Positions 1 through 9,683 of a stretch of 40,000 nucleotides of DNA are shown here, piece after piece. The position numbers and the translations under genes are program-made. Below the pieces are notes generated by a model. The model searched no databases. It saw only the letters and a program-made list of their open reading frames with translations, and was not told where the DNA came from. The stretch's first letter is position 1; each line of letters opens with the position of its first letter. This DNA is from Ignatzschineria rhizosphaerae (GTDB taxonomy: Bacteria; Pseudomonadota; Gammaproteobacteria; Cardiobacteriales; Wohlfahrtiimonadaceae). The stretch is taken from assembly GCF_022655595.1 (NCBI RefSeq), contig NZ_CP093379.1, positions 2,638,010-2,678,009 of the forward strand, in the 5' to 3' direction.

Positions 1-932
1 TTAATGATCATACGTTTGAAGATTTAATTGATTACCTCAATAAAGGCGATCGGATCATCATTAATAATACGCGCGTATTGCCGGCAAGATTGTTTGGCAG
101 TAAAGAGACTGGCGGTAAGATTGAGATCATGGTCGAGCGCCTTGTGAGTGAAACAGAGGTTTTAGCGCAGATTAAAGCGAGTAAAGCGCTTAAAGAGGGG
201 CAGAAAGTATTGATTAATGGCGAGCCACTATTAGAGATGGTTTCTCGTGATGAAGCATTTTTCCTCTTAAAAACAGTGGATAACTCACCTATTGCAAAAG
301 TATTAGAAGCTTATGGACATCTGCCATTACCGCCTTATATTACGCGTAGTGATGAAGAGTTAGATCAATCTCGCTACCAAACAGTTTTTAATAAAGAAGA
401 AGGAGCCGTTGCAGCGCCAACAGCAGGGCTTCATTTTACCGAAGAGTTTTTAGAAAAAATTAAAGCTAAAGGTATTGATGTTACAGAGATTACGCTACAT
501 GTAGGTGCCGGGACTTTCCAGCCGATCCGTCATGAGGATTTAGATCAGCATCAAATGCATAAAGAGTGGATTTCAGTGCCGCAATCAGCAGTCGATGAGA
601 TTCTTACGACAAAACAATCCGGCGGGCGCGTAATTGCGATCGGTACAACGGCGGTAAGAGCGCTTGAATCTGCGGGAATGAGCGGGGAATTAAAGGCGTT
701 TACTGGAGACACTAATATCTTTATTAAACCGGGATTTACCTTTAAGGTGATCGATGGCTTATTAACTAATTTCCATCTACCAAAATCAACATTATTGGTT
801 TTAGTCTCAACTTTAATGGGAAAAAACCGCATGGAAGAAGTTTATGCTCACGCTGTAAAAGAGCGTTATCGTTTCTTTAGTTATGGGGATAGTATGCTCT
901 TAATTCCTAAAATGGATCAACAACAGGAGTAA
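1..932 (+). CDS. queA: S-adenosylmethionine:tRNA ribosyltransferase-isomerase QueA, 5'-truncated by window edge
   Basis: The frame is open from nt 3 (NDHTFEDLIDYLNKGDRIIINNTRVLPARLF...) and runs into the listed 78..932 ORF. QueA signatures are present: NNTRV(I/L)PARLFG, PLPPYI, AAPTAGLHF, HVGAGTFQP, NFHLPKSTL, RFFSYGD. The track start at 78 is an internal TTG. Confidence 0.93.
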   Translation, partial: NDHTFEDLIDYLNKGDRIIINNTRVLPARLFGSKETGGKIEIMVERLVSETEVLAQIKASKALKEGQKVLINGEPLLEMVSRDEAFFLLKTVDNSPIAKVLEAYGHLPLPPYITRSDEELDQSRYQTVFNKEEGAVAAPTAGLHFTEEFLEKIKAKGIDVTEITLHVGAGTFQPIRHEDLDQHQMHKEWISVPQSAVDEILTTKQSGGRVIAIGTTAVRALESAGMSGELKAFTGDTNIFIKPGFTFKVIDGLLTNFHLPKSTLLVLVSTLMGKNRMEEVYAHAVKERYRFFSYGDSMLLIPKMDQQQE

Positions 933-937
933 TCATT

Positions 938-2212
938 GTGGCAAAACGTTTAACGATGCAAGATGCAAAAACACTCTCGCTCTCCTCTTTAGGTGGGGCG
1001 CTAGAGTTTTATGATTTTATTGTATTTTTAACCTTTGCATCGACTTTAAAGGTTCTCTTTTTCCCTTCAGAATCTGAGTTGATTGCAACGGTTATGACCT
1101 ATTTAACGTATGCCATCGCTTACTTTGTTAGGCCCTTGAGCGGCGTTGTCTTAGCGCACTTTGGGGATCTGATTGGGCGTAAGAAGGTCTTTATGTTTTC
1201 GCTATTTATGATGGCAATTCCAACGCTCTGTATTGGGCTGTTGCCCACTTATGAGTCGATCGGCTATCTTGCACCCGTATTACTTCTTACCATGCGAATT
1301 TTGCAAGGTGTTGCATTAGGTGGTGAGGTGCCAAGCGCGCACGTATTTGTGACAGAGCATGTGCCTAGTAATCGTTTTGGGATTGCCAATAGCGCCATTG
1401 CGGCAGGGCTCACTTTTGGGGTTTTAATTGGGCATTTTGTCTCAACGATGATGAGTATTAGCTTCAGCGCAGAAGAGACGCTCTCTTATGCTTGGCGCAT
1501 TCCCTTTATTTTAGGGGGTGTTTTAGGATTACTCGCCGTTTATCTTCGCCGTTATTTACAAGAAACGCCGGTCTTTTTAGAGATGCAAAAGAAAAAAGCC
1601 CTTCATGCCGGTACGCCGATGAAAACGATTCTAAAGGATTTTAGGCCCCAAGCTTTTATCGCAACTTTAAGTACTTGGCTATTAATTGCCGGCGTTGTAT
1701 TAGTGCTTCTTGCGCCAAATCTGATGAAGTCAGATATGTTTGGTATGGATGCGGGATTCGTCAATAGAGCTGCGCTCATTGCGACTTTTATGAATATCGT
1801 TGGGAGCTTATCTGCGGGTTTTTTAGTGGATCGTTTTGGGCTTCGTAAAACGCTCTTTAGTTTTGCGGTACTGCTCGCCATCACAAGCTTTATCTTCTTT
1901 AACTCGTTAGGCAGTCATGATCTTTCAAAAGTCGGGATTCTCTACGCAATTGCTTCATTCTTCTTAGGAATTGTCGCTTGCGTGCCGATGATTATTATCC
2001 GTCTTTTTCCGGCAGATATTCGCCTAACTGGAATGGGGTTTTCTTACAATATCGGTAATGCAATCTTTGCAGGGTTAACCACCTTTTTGGTGCCGGTCGT
2101 TGCAGAAGTATTCCACCCGATGTTTATTGCTTACTACATTCTCTTTTTATGCGCTTTAGGAATCTTCTTAAGTATCTATCTTGGGAAGAAAAGTTTGCCG
2201 AGTTATATTTAG
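938..2212 (+). CDS. MFS transporter, metabolite:H+ symporter (MHS, ProP/KgtP-like) family
   Basis: 424 aa with about 12 hydrophobic segments. N-terminal LEFYDF..F motif and GDLIGRKK loop are typical of the MHS subfamily. GTG start sits 8 nt after AGGAG. Confidence 0.8.
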   Translation: MAKRLTMQDAKTLSLSSLGGALEFYDFIVFLTFASTLKVLFFPSESELIATVMTYLTYAIAYFVRPLSGVVLAHFGDLIGRKKVFMFSLFMMAIPTLCIGLLPTYESIGYLAPVLLLTMRILQGVALGGEVPSAHVFVTEHVPSNRFGIANSAIAAGLTFGVLIGHFVSTMMSISFSAEETLSYAWRIPFILGGVLGLLAVYLRRYLQETPVFLEMQKKKALHAGTPMKTILKDFRPQAFIATLSTWLLIAGVVLVLLAPNLMKSDMFGMDAGFVNRAALIATFMNIVGSLSAGFLVDRFGLRKTLFSFAVLLAITSFIFFNSLGSHDLSKVGILYAIASFFLGIVACVPMIIIRLFPADIRLTGMGFSYNIGNAIFAGLTTFLVPVVAEVFHPMFIAYYILFLCALGIFLSIYLGKKSLPSYI

Positions 2213-2247
2213 GATCATCGCTAGTAAATATTGGGAAGGTAAAAAAA

Positions 2248-2277
2248 ACGGCAATCTATAAGATTGCCGTTTTTTTA
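2248..2277 (+). terminator. Rho-independent terminator downstream of the MFS gene
   Basis: Perfect 10-bp stem acggcaatct/agattgccgt with a 3-nt loop, followed by T7. An A8 run precedes it, so it may work in both directions. Confidence 0.8.
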
Positions 2278-2284
2278 TCGTCCA

Positions 2285-2470
2285 TTCGGTTTAAGAAGCA
2301 CGATTTTAAAAGTAGAGTAAAATCGGTTTAAAAGAGACTGAATCAGATTGCCGGCACATCGGTTATAAGAAGCACAAGAATCGTTCTATCCGGCATTCTG
2401 CAAGTTGATTTGATTCATTCGTTTATTATTTTACTGTTTAAAACAGTGTTTTTAAACCGAATCAACTATA
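2285..2470 (+). repeat. Intergenic TIR-bearing repeat element, copy R1 (MITE/REP-like)
   Basis: Shares the core aatcggtttaaaag-N-ctgaatcagattgccggc...aagcacaagaatcgttctatccggc...tgcaag with copies at 7307..7497 and 13531..13730. The ends are inverted (aatcggtttaaaa / ttttaaaccgaat). Boundaries are approximate. Confidence 0.75.
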
Positions 2471-2491
2471 TTTTATATAAAGTGTTGAAGA

Positions 2492-3250
2492 CTATAACAA
2501 TGCTTCCGGCGATTCAGGGAGAATCTGCCCGCCATCGATGATGATGGTTTGCCCTGTGATATATTTTGCTTCTTTAGAAGCTAAGAATGCCGCAGCGTAG
2601 CCAATATCTTTTGGCTCTCCTAATGTATGGGGTGGGATCGTTGCGCGCATTTGATTAAGGTAAGTTTCCCCTTGGGCTTTTAAGCCATCTGTTAAGATAT
2701 TGCCGGGAAGTACGGCATTTACCGTAATTCCAAAGCGAGCATATTCAAGCGCAGCACTACGCATAAAGCCCAGTTGAGCCGCTTTTGATGCGCCATAATG
2801 GCTCCAGCCGGGGAATCCTGTGATATTACCGGTAATGGAAGAAGTAATAATAACGCGACCTGAGCCTTGCGATTTCATCGCTTTTAATGCTGCTTGAACC
2901 ACAAAGAAGGTGCCTTTAACGTTTACTTCCTGCATAAAGTCCCAATCTTTTTCCGTCATCTCTTCAATGGTTGCTTGTGGAAAGATTCCCGTATTAGAGC
3001 AGAGAATATCAAGCTTTCCATACTTTTGAATAATCTCATTAATGCGCGTTTGGCAAAGCGCTTGATTAGTCACATCTAGCTCAACGAACTCACAACCAAG
3101 TTCCTTAGCGGTATTAATGCCGGCATCTGTATCAATATCAGCGATGATAACGGTTGCACCCGCTTCTACAAGCGCTTCAACAATCCCACGACCAATCCCT
3201 TTCGCGCCACCTGTTACCATTGCAATCTGTTTTTGTAATGAAAACATCAA
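2492..3250 (-). CDS. SDR-family oxidoreductase (FabG-like 3-oxoacyl reductase type)
   Basis: 252 aa. Rossmann motif TGGAKGIGRG, NTGI, and catalytic S...YGASKAA typical of classical SDRs. Confidence 0.88.
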   Translation of the reverse strand: MMFSLQKQIAMVTGGAKGIGRGIVEALVEAGATVIIADIDTDAGINTAKELGCEFVELDVTNQALCQTRINEIIQKYGKLDILCSNTGIFPQATIEEMTEKDWDFMQEVNVKGTFFVVQAALKAMKSQGSGRVIITSSITGNITGFPGWSHYGASKAAQLGFMRSAALEYARFGITVNAVLPGNILTDGLKAQGETYLNQMRATIPPHTLGEPKDIGYAAAFLASKEAKYITGQTIIIDGGQILPESPEALL

Positions 3251-3476
3251 AGACTCCTTATTTTGATGATAGAGATAAGATTCTTGATATCTCTATTAGA
3301 TAAAAATCTCTTAATAATAGGTATAACAGAGAATTCATACTAAATATAGCTCCCAGCGCTTATTTGCGGACTTATTTTTACAATCTATAACATAACTTTT
3401 AAGTTAAAAAAGATGCCAATTATTTACTATAAAGTTTATAGCGGTTGTTGAAATTATTGGAAGGAGGAGTATCAGT

Positions 3477-4763
3477 ATGCCTGATTGGTTTAAAAATTCG
3501 CTTCAAGCATTTAAGAATCCATCTTATGTTCAAAGCGCTGTGACTTTGTTACTCTTTTTTGCATCATGGGGGATATGGTGGTCTTTTTTTCAGTTATGGT
3601 TAACTTCGCCTGATCATGGCTTAAACCTTTCAGGAAGCGCTGTAGGAACTATATTTTCAGTGAATTCTTTGGTGACTTTAGTATTTATGTTTGGTTATGG
3701 CGCTATACAAGATCGATTACTCTTAAAAAGAACGTTATTAATTTTTTGTGCCTCTATCACAAGCTTAATTGGCCCTTTTTTTGTCTGGATTTATGCGCCT
3801 CTTTTAAAACACCATTTTACTTTAGGAATTGTTGTAGGGGCTTTTGTATTATCTGCAGGATATTTAGCGGCGGCAGGCATTTTTGAGGCAGTTACCGAGA
3901 GGTTTAGCCGGCAATTTAATTTTGAATATGGATCGGCGCGTGCTTGGGGATCACTGGGTTATGCGATAGTTGCACTACTAGCAGGTTTTTTATTTGCCAT
4001 TAATCCCCATCTTAACTTTTGGCTAGGCTCTTTTTTTGGGATTTTACTATTACTTAATCTCATTTTTTGGCGACCAAAAGCTGAAAAAACATTAGGAGCA
4101 CAACTACAAAATCACGATCATGCTTCAGATAGCCCTTCTTTACAAGAGATGTTAGGGCTTTTAAAACTCAAGGAGCTCTGGGTCATAATTATTTTTATTA
4201 TGTTTACTTGGACTTTTTATACGGTGTACGATCAGCAGATGTTCCCTGAGTTTTACACAGATCTTTTTAGTTCTAGAGAAAAGGGGCAAAGAATCTATGG
4301 CTCATTGAATTCTCTACAAGTCTTTTTAGAAGCTTTAATGATGTGTTTAGTTCCTCTTATAATGCGAAAAATTGGGGTGAGAAATACGTTATTAATTGGC
4401 ATTGTGATTATGGCGATTCGTATAGGATTAAGTGGTTTTTTCATAAATCCTATTATTGTCTCTTTTATTAAGTTATTACATGCCTTTGAGGTTCCGCTCT
4501 TTATTTTGCCAATGTTTCGTTACTTTACCCTACATTTTGTAACAAAGCTTTCAGCCACGCTTTATATGATAGGTTTTCATGTTGCAGCCCAAGTGGGGCA
4601 GGTGATTTTATCAACACCCTTAGGAATATTAAGAGATGAGATTGGTTATAGTCAGACTTTCTTAGTGATCGCTATAGTTGTTATTCTTGCAGGTTTTTTT
4701 GCGTTTTTTTCGCTAAAAAAAGATGATGAAGATGTCCATGGTGATCCTTTTATCCGATCTTAA
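3477..4763 (+). CDS. cscB: Oligosaccharide:H+ symporter (LacY/OHS family), sucrose permease CscB-like
   Basis: 428 aa. Long collinear blocks resemble recalled E. coli CscB: FEYGSARAWGSLGYAI, W(T/S)FY..(Y/F)DQQ(M/L)FP.FY, LNS.QV.LEAL.M, LLIG(I/V)VIMA(I/L)R, KLLHA.EVPL. AGGAGG RBS is upstream. Confidence 0.85.
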   Translation: MPDWFKNSLQAFKNPSYVQSAVTLLLFFASWGIWWSFFQLWLTSPDHGLNLSGSAVGTIFSVNSLVTLVFMFGYGAIQDRLLLKRTLLIFCASITSLIGPFFVWIYAPLLKHHFTLGIVVGAFVLSAGYLAAAGIFEAVTERFSRQFNFEYGSARAWGSLGYAIVALLAGFLFAINPHLNFWLGSFFGILLLLNLIFWRPKAEKTLGAQLQNHDHASDSPSLQEMLGLLKLKELWVIIIFIMFTWTFYTVYDQQMFPEFYTDLFSSREKGQRIYGSLNSLQVFLEALMMCLVPLIMRKIGVRNTLLIGIVIMAIRIGLSGFFINPIIVSFIKLLHAFEVPLFILPMFRYFTLHFVTKLSATLYMIGFHVAAQVGQVILSTPLGILRDEIGYSQTFLVIAIVVILAGFFAFFSLKKDDEDVHGDPFIRS

Positions 4764-4786
4764 TTGTCGTAAAAATAGGAGGATTT

Positions 4787-6214
4787 ATGGTTTGTGACAA
4801 CATTCCATTAACGAGTGAGCGGTTTCGCTTGGGGTATCATATTATGGCGCCCTCAGGTTGGATTAATGACCCCAATGGCTTTTGCTACTTTAAAGGCTAT
4901 TATCATATTTTTTATCAGTATCATCCTTATAGTGCGAAATGGGGACCGATGCATTGGGGACATGCTCGCAGTAAAGATTTAGTGCATTGGGAGAATTTGC
5001 CGCCAGCATTAGTTCCGGGAGATATAGAAGATAAAGATGGTTGCTTCTCAGGAAGCGCGATCATCAAAGATGAAATGATGTATCTCTTCTACACAGGGCA
5101 CCATTATTACGGGGATGGAGATCCTGAACATTTTTGGCAAAATCAGAATTTAGCTTATAGCCATGATGGGCTTCATTTTCAAAAATATGAAGGTAACCCA
5201 ATTATTAAAGCTGCTCCCAAGGATAACACCCACCATTTTAGAGACCCTAAAGTTTGGCAACATGAGCATGCGTATTACATGATTTTGGGAAGCCAGAATC
5301 AACAAGAGTTAGGACGAGCGATTCTTTATCGCTCTAAAGACCTAAAAGAGTGGGAATATATAGGTTCAATGAGTGATGCTAAGAGTATTGAGGAAGAAGG
5401 ATTTATGTGGGAATGCCCGGACTTCTTTAATTTAGAGGGTAAAGATATTTTGCTCTTTTCCCCTCAAGGCATCAAAGCATCTCCTAAAGAGCACCTTAAC
5501 CTCTATAACCTTGGTTATTTTGTAGGAAAGCTTGATTACTCAACAGGAAAATATGAGCGTGGGGAGTTTAAAGAGCTAGATAAAGGCTTTGATTTTTATG
5601 CAACGCAAACAATGGAAACTCCTGATGGTCGGCGTATTGCCTTTGCTTGGATGGCGATGTGGGAAAGTAATATACCAGAGCAAGAAGATGGCTGGGCCGG
5701 AGCATTAACGATTCCAAGGGAGTTAACATTAAAAGGGGACCATCTTTACATGAATCCTGTGAAGGAACTTGTAGCGCTTCGTCACGGTGCCGGAGATCAC
5801 CATCAACAATTGGCTGTAAAAAGCCAGCAAGTAAGTCCTTATGATGCTTCTTTAGAGGTTTTATTGAAGATCTCAAAGCATGAGCAAAACTTAGATTTTA
5901 AGCTCTCTTTAAAAGATGAGCGTGGTAAAAATGTGGTAACGCTTTGTTATTTTCATGAAGAAAATGAGTTTGTTTTAAGGCGTAATGATCGTGATGATGC
6001 AAGATTTGGCAATATTCAATTAGTCGATAAGATAGATTTGCAACTCTTTATTGATACAAGTTCATTAGAAATTTTTATTAATGAAGGAGAGACAGTATTT
6101 TCCACGCGTTACTATAGCGAGAATCCTTTAGCGCTTTGGATTGAATCAGATCAAGGAGTTTCTATTGAAACATCGGTCTATACACTGCATGATAACGTTG
6201 TTAGTTTTTCTTAA
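4787..6214 (+). CDS. cscA: GH32 sucrose-6-phosphate hydrolase / invertase
   Basis: 475 aa. GH32 catalytic motifs are present: WINDPNG, FRDPKV, WECPDFF. It lies directly downstream of the sucrose permease. Confidence 0.9.
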   Translation: MVCDNIPLTSERFRLGYHIMAPSGWINDPNGFCYFKGYYHIFYQYHPYSAKWGPMHWGHARSKDLVHWENLPPALVPGDIEDKDGCFSGSAIIKDEMMYLFYTGHHYYGDGDPEHFWQNQNLAYSHDGLHFQKYEGNPIIKAAPKDNTHHFRDPKVWQHEHAYYMILGSQNQQELGRAILYRSKDLKEWEYIGSMSDAKSIEEEGFMWECPDFFNLEGKDILLFSPQGIKASPKEHLNLYNLGYFVGKLDYSTGKYERGEFKELDKGFDFYATQTMETPDGRRIAFAWMAMWESNIPEQEDGWAGALTIPRELTLKGDHLYMNPVKELVALRHGAGDHHQQLAVKSQQVSPYDASLEVLLKISKHEQNLDFKLSLKDERGKNVVTLCYFHEENEFVLRRNDRDDARFGNIQLVDKIDLQLFIDTSSLEIFINEGETVFSTRYYSENPLALWIESDQGVSIETSVYTLHDNVVSFS

Positions 6215-6404
6215 AGATCTTAGACGTTAGAAAAAGTCAGAAAATATTAAATAGTGGAGATAAATAAAATCAACTATTTAAAGCGCTTTCGTTTCTCATC
6301 ACGACTAATCTATTTTGAGCATTAAACCCTAAATTAGACTTGGCTTTAAAGCCTCCTTATGGAACAATAGAAGGTGATATTTTAATTTTAGATAAAGGCA
6401 CAAA

Positions 6405-7040
6405 ATGATAGACAATGATGGCTTTCGGGCAAACGTTGGAATCATATTGTGTAATCAAAATCAGCAGCTTTTCTGGGGCCATCGGATTGGTCAATTAGAT
6501 GCTTGGCAATTTCCTCAAGGGGGAATTGATCCTGATGAGACACCAGAAGATGCCATGTATAGAGAGCTTTATGAGGAAGTTGGACTACGCCCTGAACATA
6601 TTAAGATTTTAGGCAGAACAGATCGTTGGTTACGTTATCGCTTACCGCACAATCTGATTCGCCGAAATCCTACTAGCGAGCGCACCTGTATCGGTCAGAA
6701 GCAGGTTTGGTTTATGCTTGAATTTGTAGGGAATGAAGATGATTTTAATCTGAATGCGGTCGACCAACCCGAGTTTGATCTTTATAAATGGGTTGATTAT
6801 TGGTTACCACTGCGCGATGTGATTCATTTTAAACGTAAAGTATATGATAAAGCGCTGACAGAACTTGCTCCTTTAGTCTTTGAAGATATGTTGCCCAAGA
6901 AGCCGAAAGAGCTTCGATCCAGAAGGCGACATTCGCTCTTTAGAATGCAGTCTCGTAAGAGCACCATCAAAGAGAGTAATGGTAGAAAGACCATTTCTTA
7001 CGAAGAGAGAAGTATTATTATTGAAAAAAGCACGTATTAG
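6405..7040 (+). CDS. rppH: RNA pyrophosphohydrolase RppH (Nudix)
   Basis: N-terminus (I)[13 protein letters not shown] and Nudix box GG(I)..(D/G)ET.E.A..REL.EEVG. KQ.WF.L block is present. It has a basic C-terminal tail. Confidence 0.9.
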   Translation: MIDNDGFRANVGIILCNQNQQLFWGHRIGQLDAWQFPQGGIDPDETPEDAMYRELYEEVGLRPEHIKILGRTDRWLRYRLPHNLIRRNPTSERTCIGQKQVWFMLEFVGNEDDFNLNAVDQPEFDLYKWVDYWLPLRDVIHFKRKVYDKALTELAPLVFEDMLPKKPKELRSRRRHSLFRMQSRKSTIKESNGRKTISYEERSIIIEKSTY

Positions 7041-7054
7041 ACGTGCTTTTTTTC
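7029..7054 (+). terminator. Rho-independent terminator of rppH
   Basis: 7-bp stem agcacgt/acgtgct, loop attag (contains the stop codon), then a T-run. Confidence 0.75.
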
Positions 7055-7080
7055 TTTTTATTCGTAGTTGAATCTGGGTT

Positions 7081-7292
7081 TATATAATGAAATAGGTTTA
7101 AAACAGGCTGATTTAAATGCCGGCGGGTGGGCTATTAACAATAAGAAATATGTTCTATCCGGCATCGTGCAAGCACTGTTTAATACGTATCTTTATAGAT
7201 TTATGCAAGGTTGGGGTGAATGTTTCGTGCTCTTTCTAAAATCTCGTGCCAGCTGTTTAAGATTGGCTTTTCTTAAATCGATTTTACTATAA
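7081..7292 (+). repeat. Intergenic repeat element, variant copy R2
   Basis: Left end tatataatgaaataggtttaaaac and inverted right end tcttaaatcgattttactataac. Internal conserved blocks are tgccggcg, gttctatccggcatcgtgcaag and tgtttaatacg, the last shared with the inverted copy at 13745..13860. Boundaries are approximate. Confidence 0.65.
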
Positions 7293-7306
7293 CATTATGT
7301 TTTTAA

Positions 7307-7497
7307 ATGAAATGATTGAGTTTTGAATGTTCAACAGATCTTAGTAAAACGGGTTTAAAAGTCACTGAGTGATATTGCCGGCGCATTGTCATGAGAAGCG
7401 CAAGAGTCGTTCTATCCGGCGTCGTGCAAGTCGGTTTGATTCGCACGTTGCAGTATTTTACTGTCAAAATAGTGTTTCTTCCACCGAATCTGCTATC
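7307..7497 (+). repeat. Intergenic repeat element, copy R3
   Basis: Collinear with R1 and R4: gggtttaaaagtcactgagtgatattgccggcg...gagaagcgcaagagtcgttctatccggcgtcgtgcaag...ccaccgaatc. It is more diverged and its boundaries are approximate. Confidence 0.7.
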
Positions 7498-7511
7498 GTC
7501 ACTTATTGAAG

Positions 7512-8687
7512 CTAATCTCTATTGTTAGGGGAGATCAGTACAAGGCAAAAGGCTAATAACGCCATAATCATAGTTCCTATAAGGTTCACTGAAATATCAT
7601 AAACATCATAGATTTGCCCTCCTAAGAAAGCGCCAATAGCAATGGAGAGATTAAAGGATCCAATATAGATAGCTGTTGCGGCTTCAATCAGTTTTGGCGC
7701 AGCCATAAACATCCAATTCATTAAACTAACGGAAACAGCGCCGTAAGCGAATCCCCACAGTAAAAGTGCAAGAATCGTTAAGAGCTGTTGCTGAGTAAAG
7801 ATCAGCAACAAGAGCATGCTTCCCATCAGTATAATGGGGATGAGGGCTATAACACCTTTTAGTTGATATTTAATGAGATTTCCTAAAATAAAATTTCCTA
7901 AGATGCCACATAATCCATAGAAAAAGAGTAAAGAACTGATGCTCTTGTCCGCAAAATTCGCTTCTTGAATAAGAAGGGGGCGGATAAAGGTGTAGCTCAT
8001 AAAATGGCCGGTAACGAGTAAAAATGTAATTAGTAGCCCGATCTTCACCATGCGATTTTTAAAGAGCTGTTGAAATAGCTTGGCTTGAAAGGTAATGGTT
8101 TGCGGTAATGATGGCAAAATCCAGATAAGGAGCACTATTAGAAATAAGGTTGTGATTGCCATAATAATAAAAGCAAATTGCCAGTTAATAAAATCCCCCA
8201 AATAAACGCCAAGCGGGATACCAAAAACAGAAGCAGCCGCCACGCCACTAAAGATGATAGATGTCGCTAAGGCAACTTTTTCAGAGCATACAAGCTTGAT
8301 AGCAAGCCCGCCGGCAATCGTCCAAATCCCCCCCATACTAATCCCCAGTAAAACTCTTGCGATCAAGAGCACCTCGATATTGGAGGCAAAGGCAGAAAGA
8401 AGATTTGAAAGCAGTAATAGACTCATTAATAAAAGGAGTAAGCGCTTTCGATTGATGGTGCTAAAAAAGAGTAAGATTAGCGGCGCGGTAAAGGCGGCAA
8501 TAAATGCCGGTGCTGTAACGGTAAAGCTGATAAATCCTTCTGAGACGTGATAAGACTCAGCAATAGGGGAGAGTAGCCCAATGGGAAGCATCTCGGTAGA
8601 GACAACGGTAAAAATGGAGAGCGCAAGGGTTATCACGGCAATCCATGATCGTGCTGGTCCTTGATGGTGAGTCGGTTGTGATGGCAT
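7512..8687 (-). CDS. MFS transporter (DHA1-like efflux type, AraJ/NepI-like)
   Basis: 391 aa with about 12 TM segments and an N-terminal pattern typical of 12-TMS efflux MFS proteins. It is divergent from a LysR regulator gene. Confidence 0.8.
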   Translation of the reverse strand: MPSQPTHHQGPARSWIAVITLALSIFTVVSTEMLPIGLLSPIAESYHVSEGFISFTVTAPAFIAAFTAPLILLFFSTINRKRLLLLLMSLLLLSNLLSAFASNIEVLLIARVLLGISMGGIWTIAGGLAIKLVCSEKVALATSIIFSGVAAASVFGIPLGVYLGDFINWQFAFIIMAITTLFLIVLLIWILPSLPQTITFQAKLFQQLFKNRMVKIGLLITFLLVTGHFMSYTFIRPLLIQEANFADKSISSLLFFYGLCGILGNFILGNLIKYQLKGVIALIPIILMGSMLLLLIFTQQQLLTILALLLWGFAYGAVSVSLMNWMFMAAPKLIEAATAIYIGSFNLSIAIGAFLGGQIYDVYDISVNLIGTMIMALLAFCLVLISPNNRD

Positions 8688-8783
8688 AAAACCTCCTATA
8701 AACTTGTGAGGCGCTAATATACGTAAACACTTTTAGTTGATAAACTGCTCTTTAGTTGCATGATATGGGAATAAATTTCACCA

Positions 8784-9683
8784 ATGATGAAAATACAGAA
8801 TATTCTTGATTTAAAGGTTTTTGTTTTTGTGGCTGAAACGAAGAGTTTTACGATCACGGCTGATCTTGTTGGATTATCGCGCTCAGCGGTAGGGAAAATT
8901 ATCGCAAAGCTAGAAGAGAGTTTGCAGCATCGGCTCATTCATCGAACGACGAGGGTTTTAAAACTCAGCCCTGAAGGGGAGATCTTTTATGAGTACGCAG
9001 TACGTATTTTAAAAGAGGTTGTTGAGGCCGAAGAAGCTTTAAGTTTAGAGCAAGCTCCTCAAGGAAAGCTGAGGATTACCGTGCCGGAAGTTTTTGGCAG
9101 ATTACATGTGATGCCGCAAATTCAGCAGCTCTTAATAGATTATCCCGCTATTGAAATTGAAGTCTTATTTTCTGATGAGTACCTTGATTTGGTGCGAGAA
9201 GGGATTGATGTTGCTATTCGTATTGGTGCTCAGTCTGATAGCGGTTTAGTGCAAAAGGTGCTCGCTTACCATCAATATTTGATGTGCGCCTCCCCCCAAT
9301 ACCTTGCAAAGTATGAAGTCATTGAAGCTATTGCGGACTTAAAGCAGCATGAATGTTTAAGTTACCTACATGAAGGTCGGCGCGTTCCTTGGAAATATTG
9401 GGATCAAGATCAGGAGTATTTTTTTGCGCCAAAAGGTCGAATTACCTTACAAGATACGGAAGGTTTAAAGGGACTTGCATTAGCGGGATTTGGCGTTGTG
9501 CAATTGAGCTCTTTTTTAGTCAAAGAAGCGGTTGATAAGGGAGACTTACAAACCGTATTGCCGGTATTTTCTCCACCGAAAGAACCGATTTGCGCCGTTT
9601 ATCCTTCTAAAAAATATCTCACCCCAAAGGTGCGCGTCTTTATCGATCGGTTATCGCAAGTTTGGAATGGAAAAACGGTTTAA
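8784..9683 (+). CDS. LysR-family transcriptional regulator
   Basis: N-terminal wHTH (L..F..VAE..SFT.AA..LG.S.SAV(G/S)K.I..LE..L...L..RTTR) plus a C-terminal substrate-binding fold, ~299 aa. It is divergent from the MFS gene. Confidence 0.9.
   Translation: MMKIQNILDLKVFVFVAETKSFTITADLVGLSRSAVGKIIAKLEESLQHRLIHRTTRVLKLSPEGEIFYEYAVRILKEVVEAEEALSLEQAPQGKLRITVPEVFGRLHVMPQIQQLLIDYPAIEIEVLFSDEYLDLVREGIDVAIRIGAQSDSGLVQKVLAYHQYLMCASPQYLAKYEVIEAIADLKQHECLSYLHEGRRVPWKYWDQDQEYFFAPKGRITLQDTEGLKGLALAGFGVVQLSSFLVKEAVDKGDLQTVLPVFSPPKEPICAVYPSKKYLTPKVRVFIDRLSQVWNGKTV

Noticed and set aside
551-8550. Antisense or alternative-frame ORFs inside backbone genes (551..832, 1603..1884, 2894..3079, 5568..5876, 8254..8550)
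   Set aside because: Each is fully nested in a strongly supported gene (queA, MFS, SDR, cscA, MFS) and lacks recognisable motifs or translation signals.
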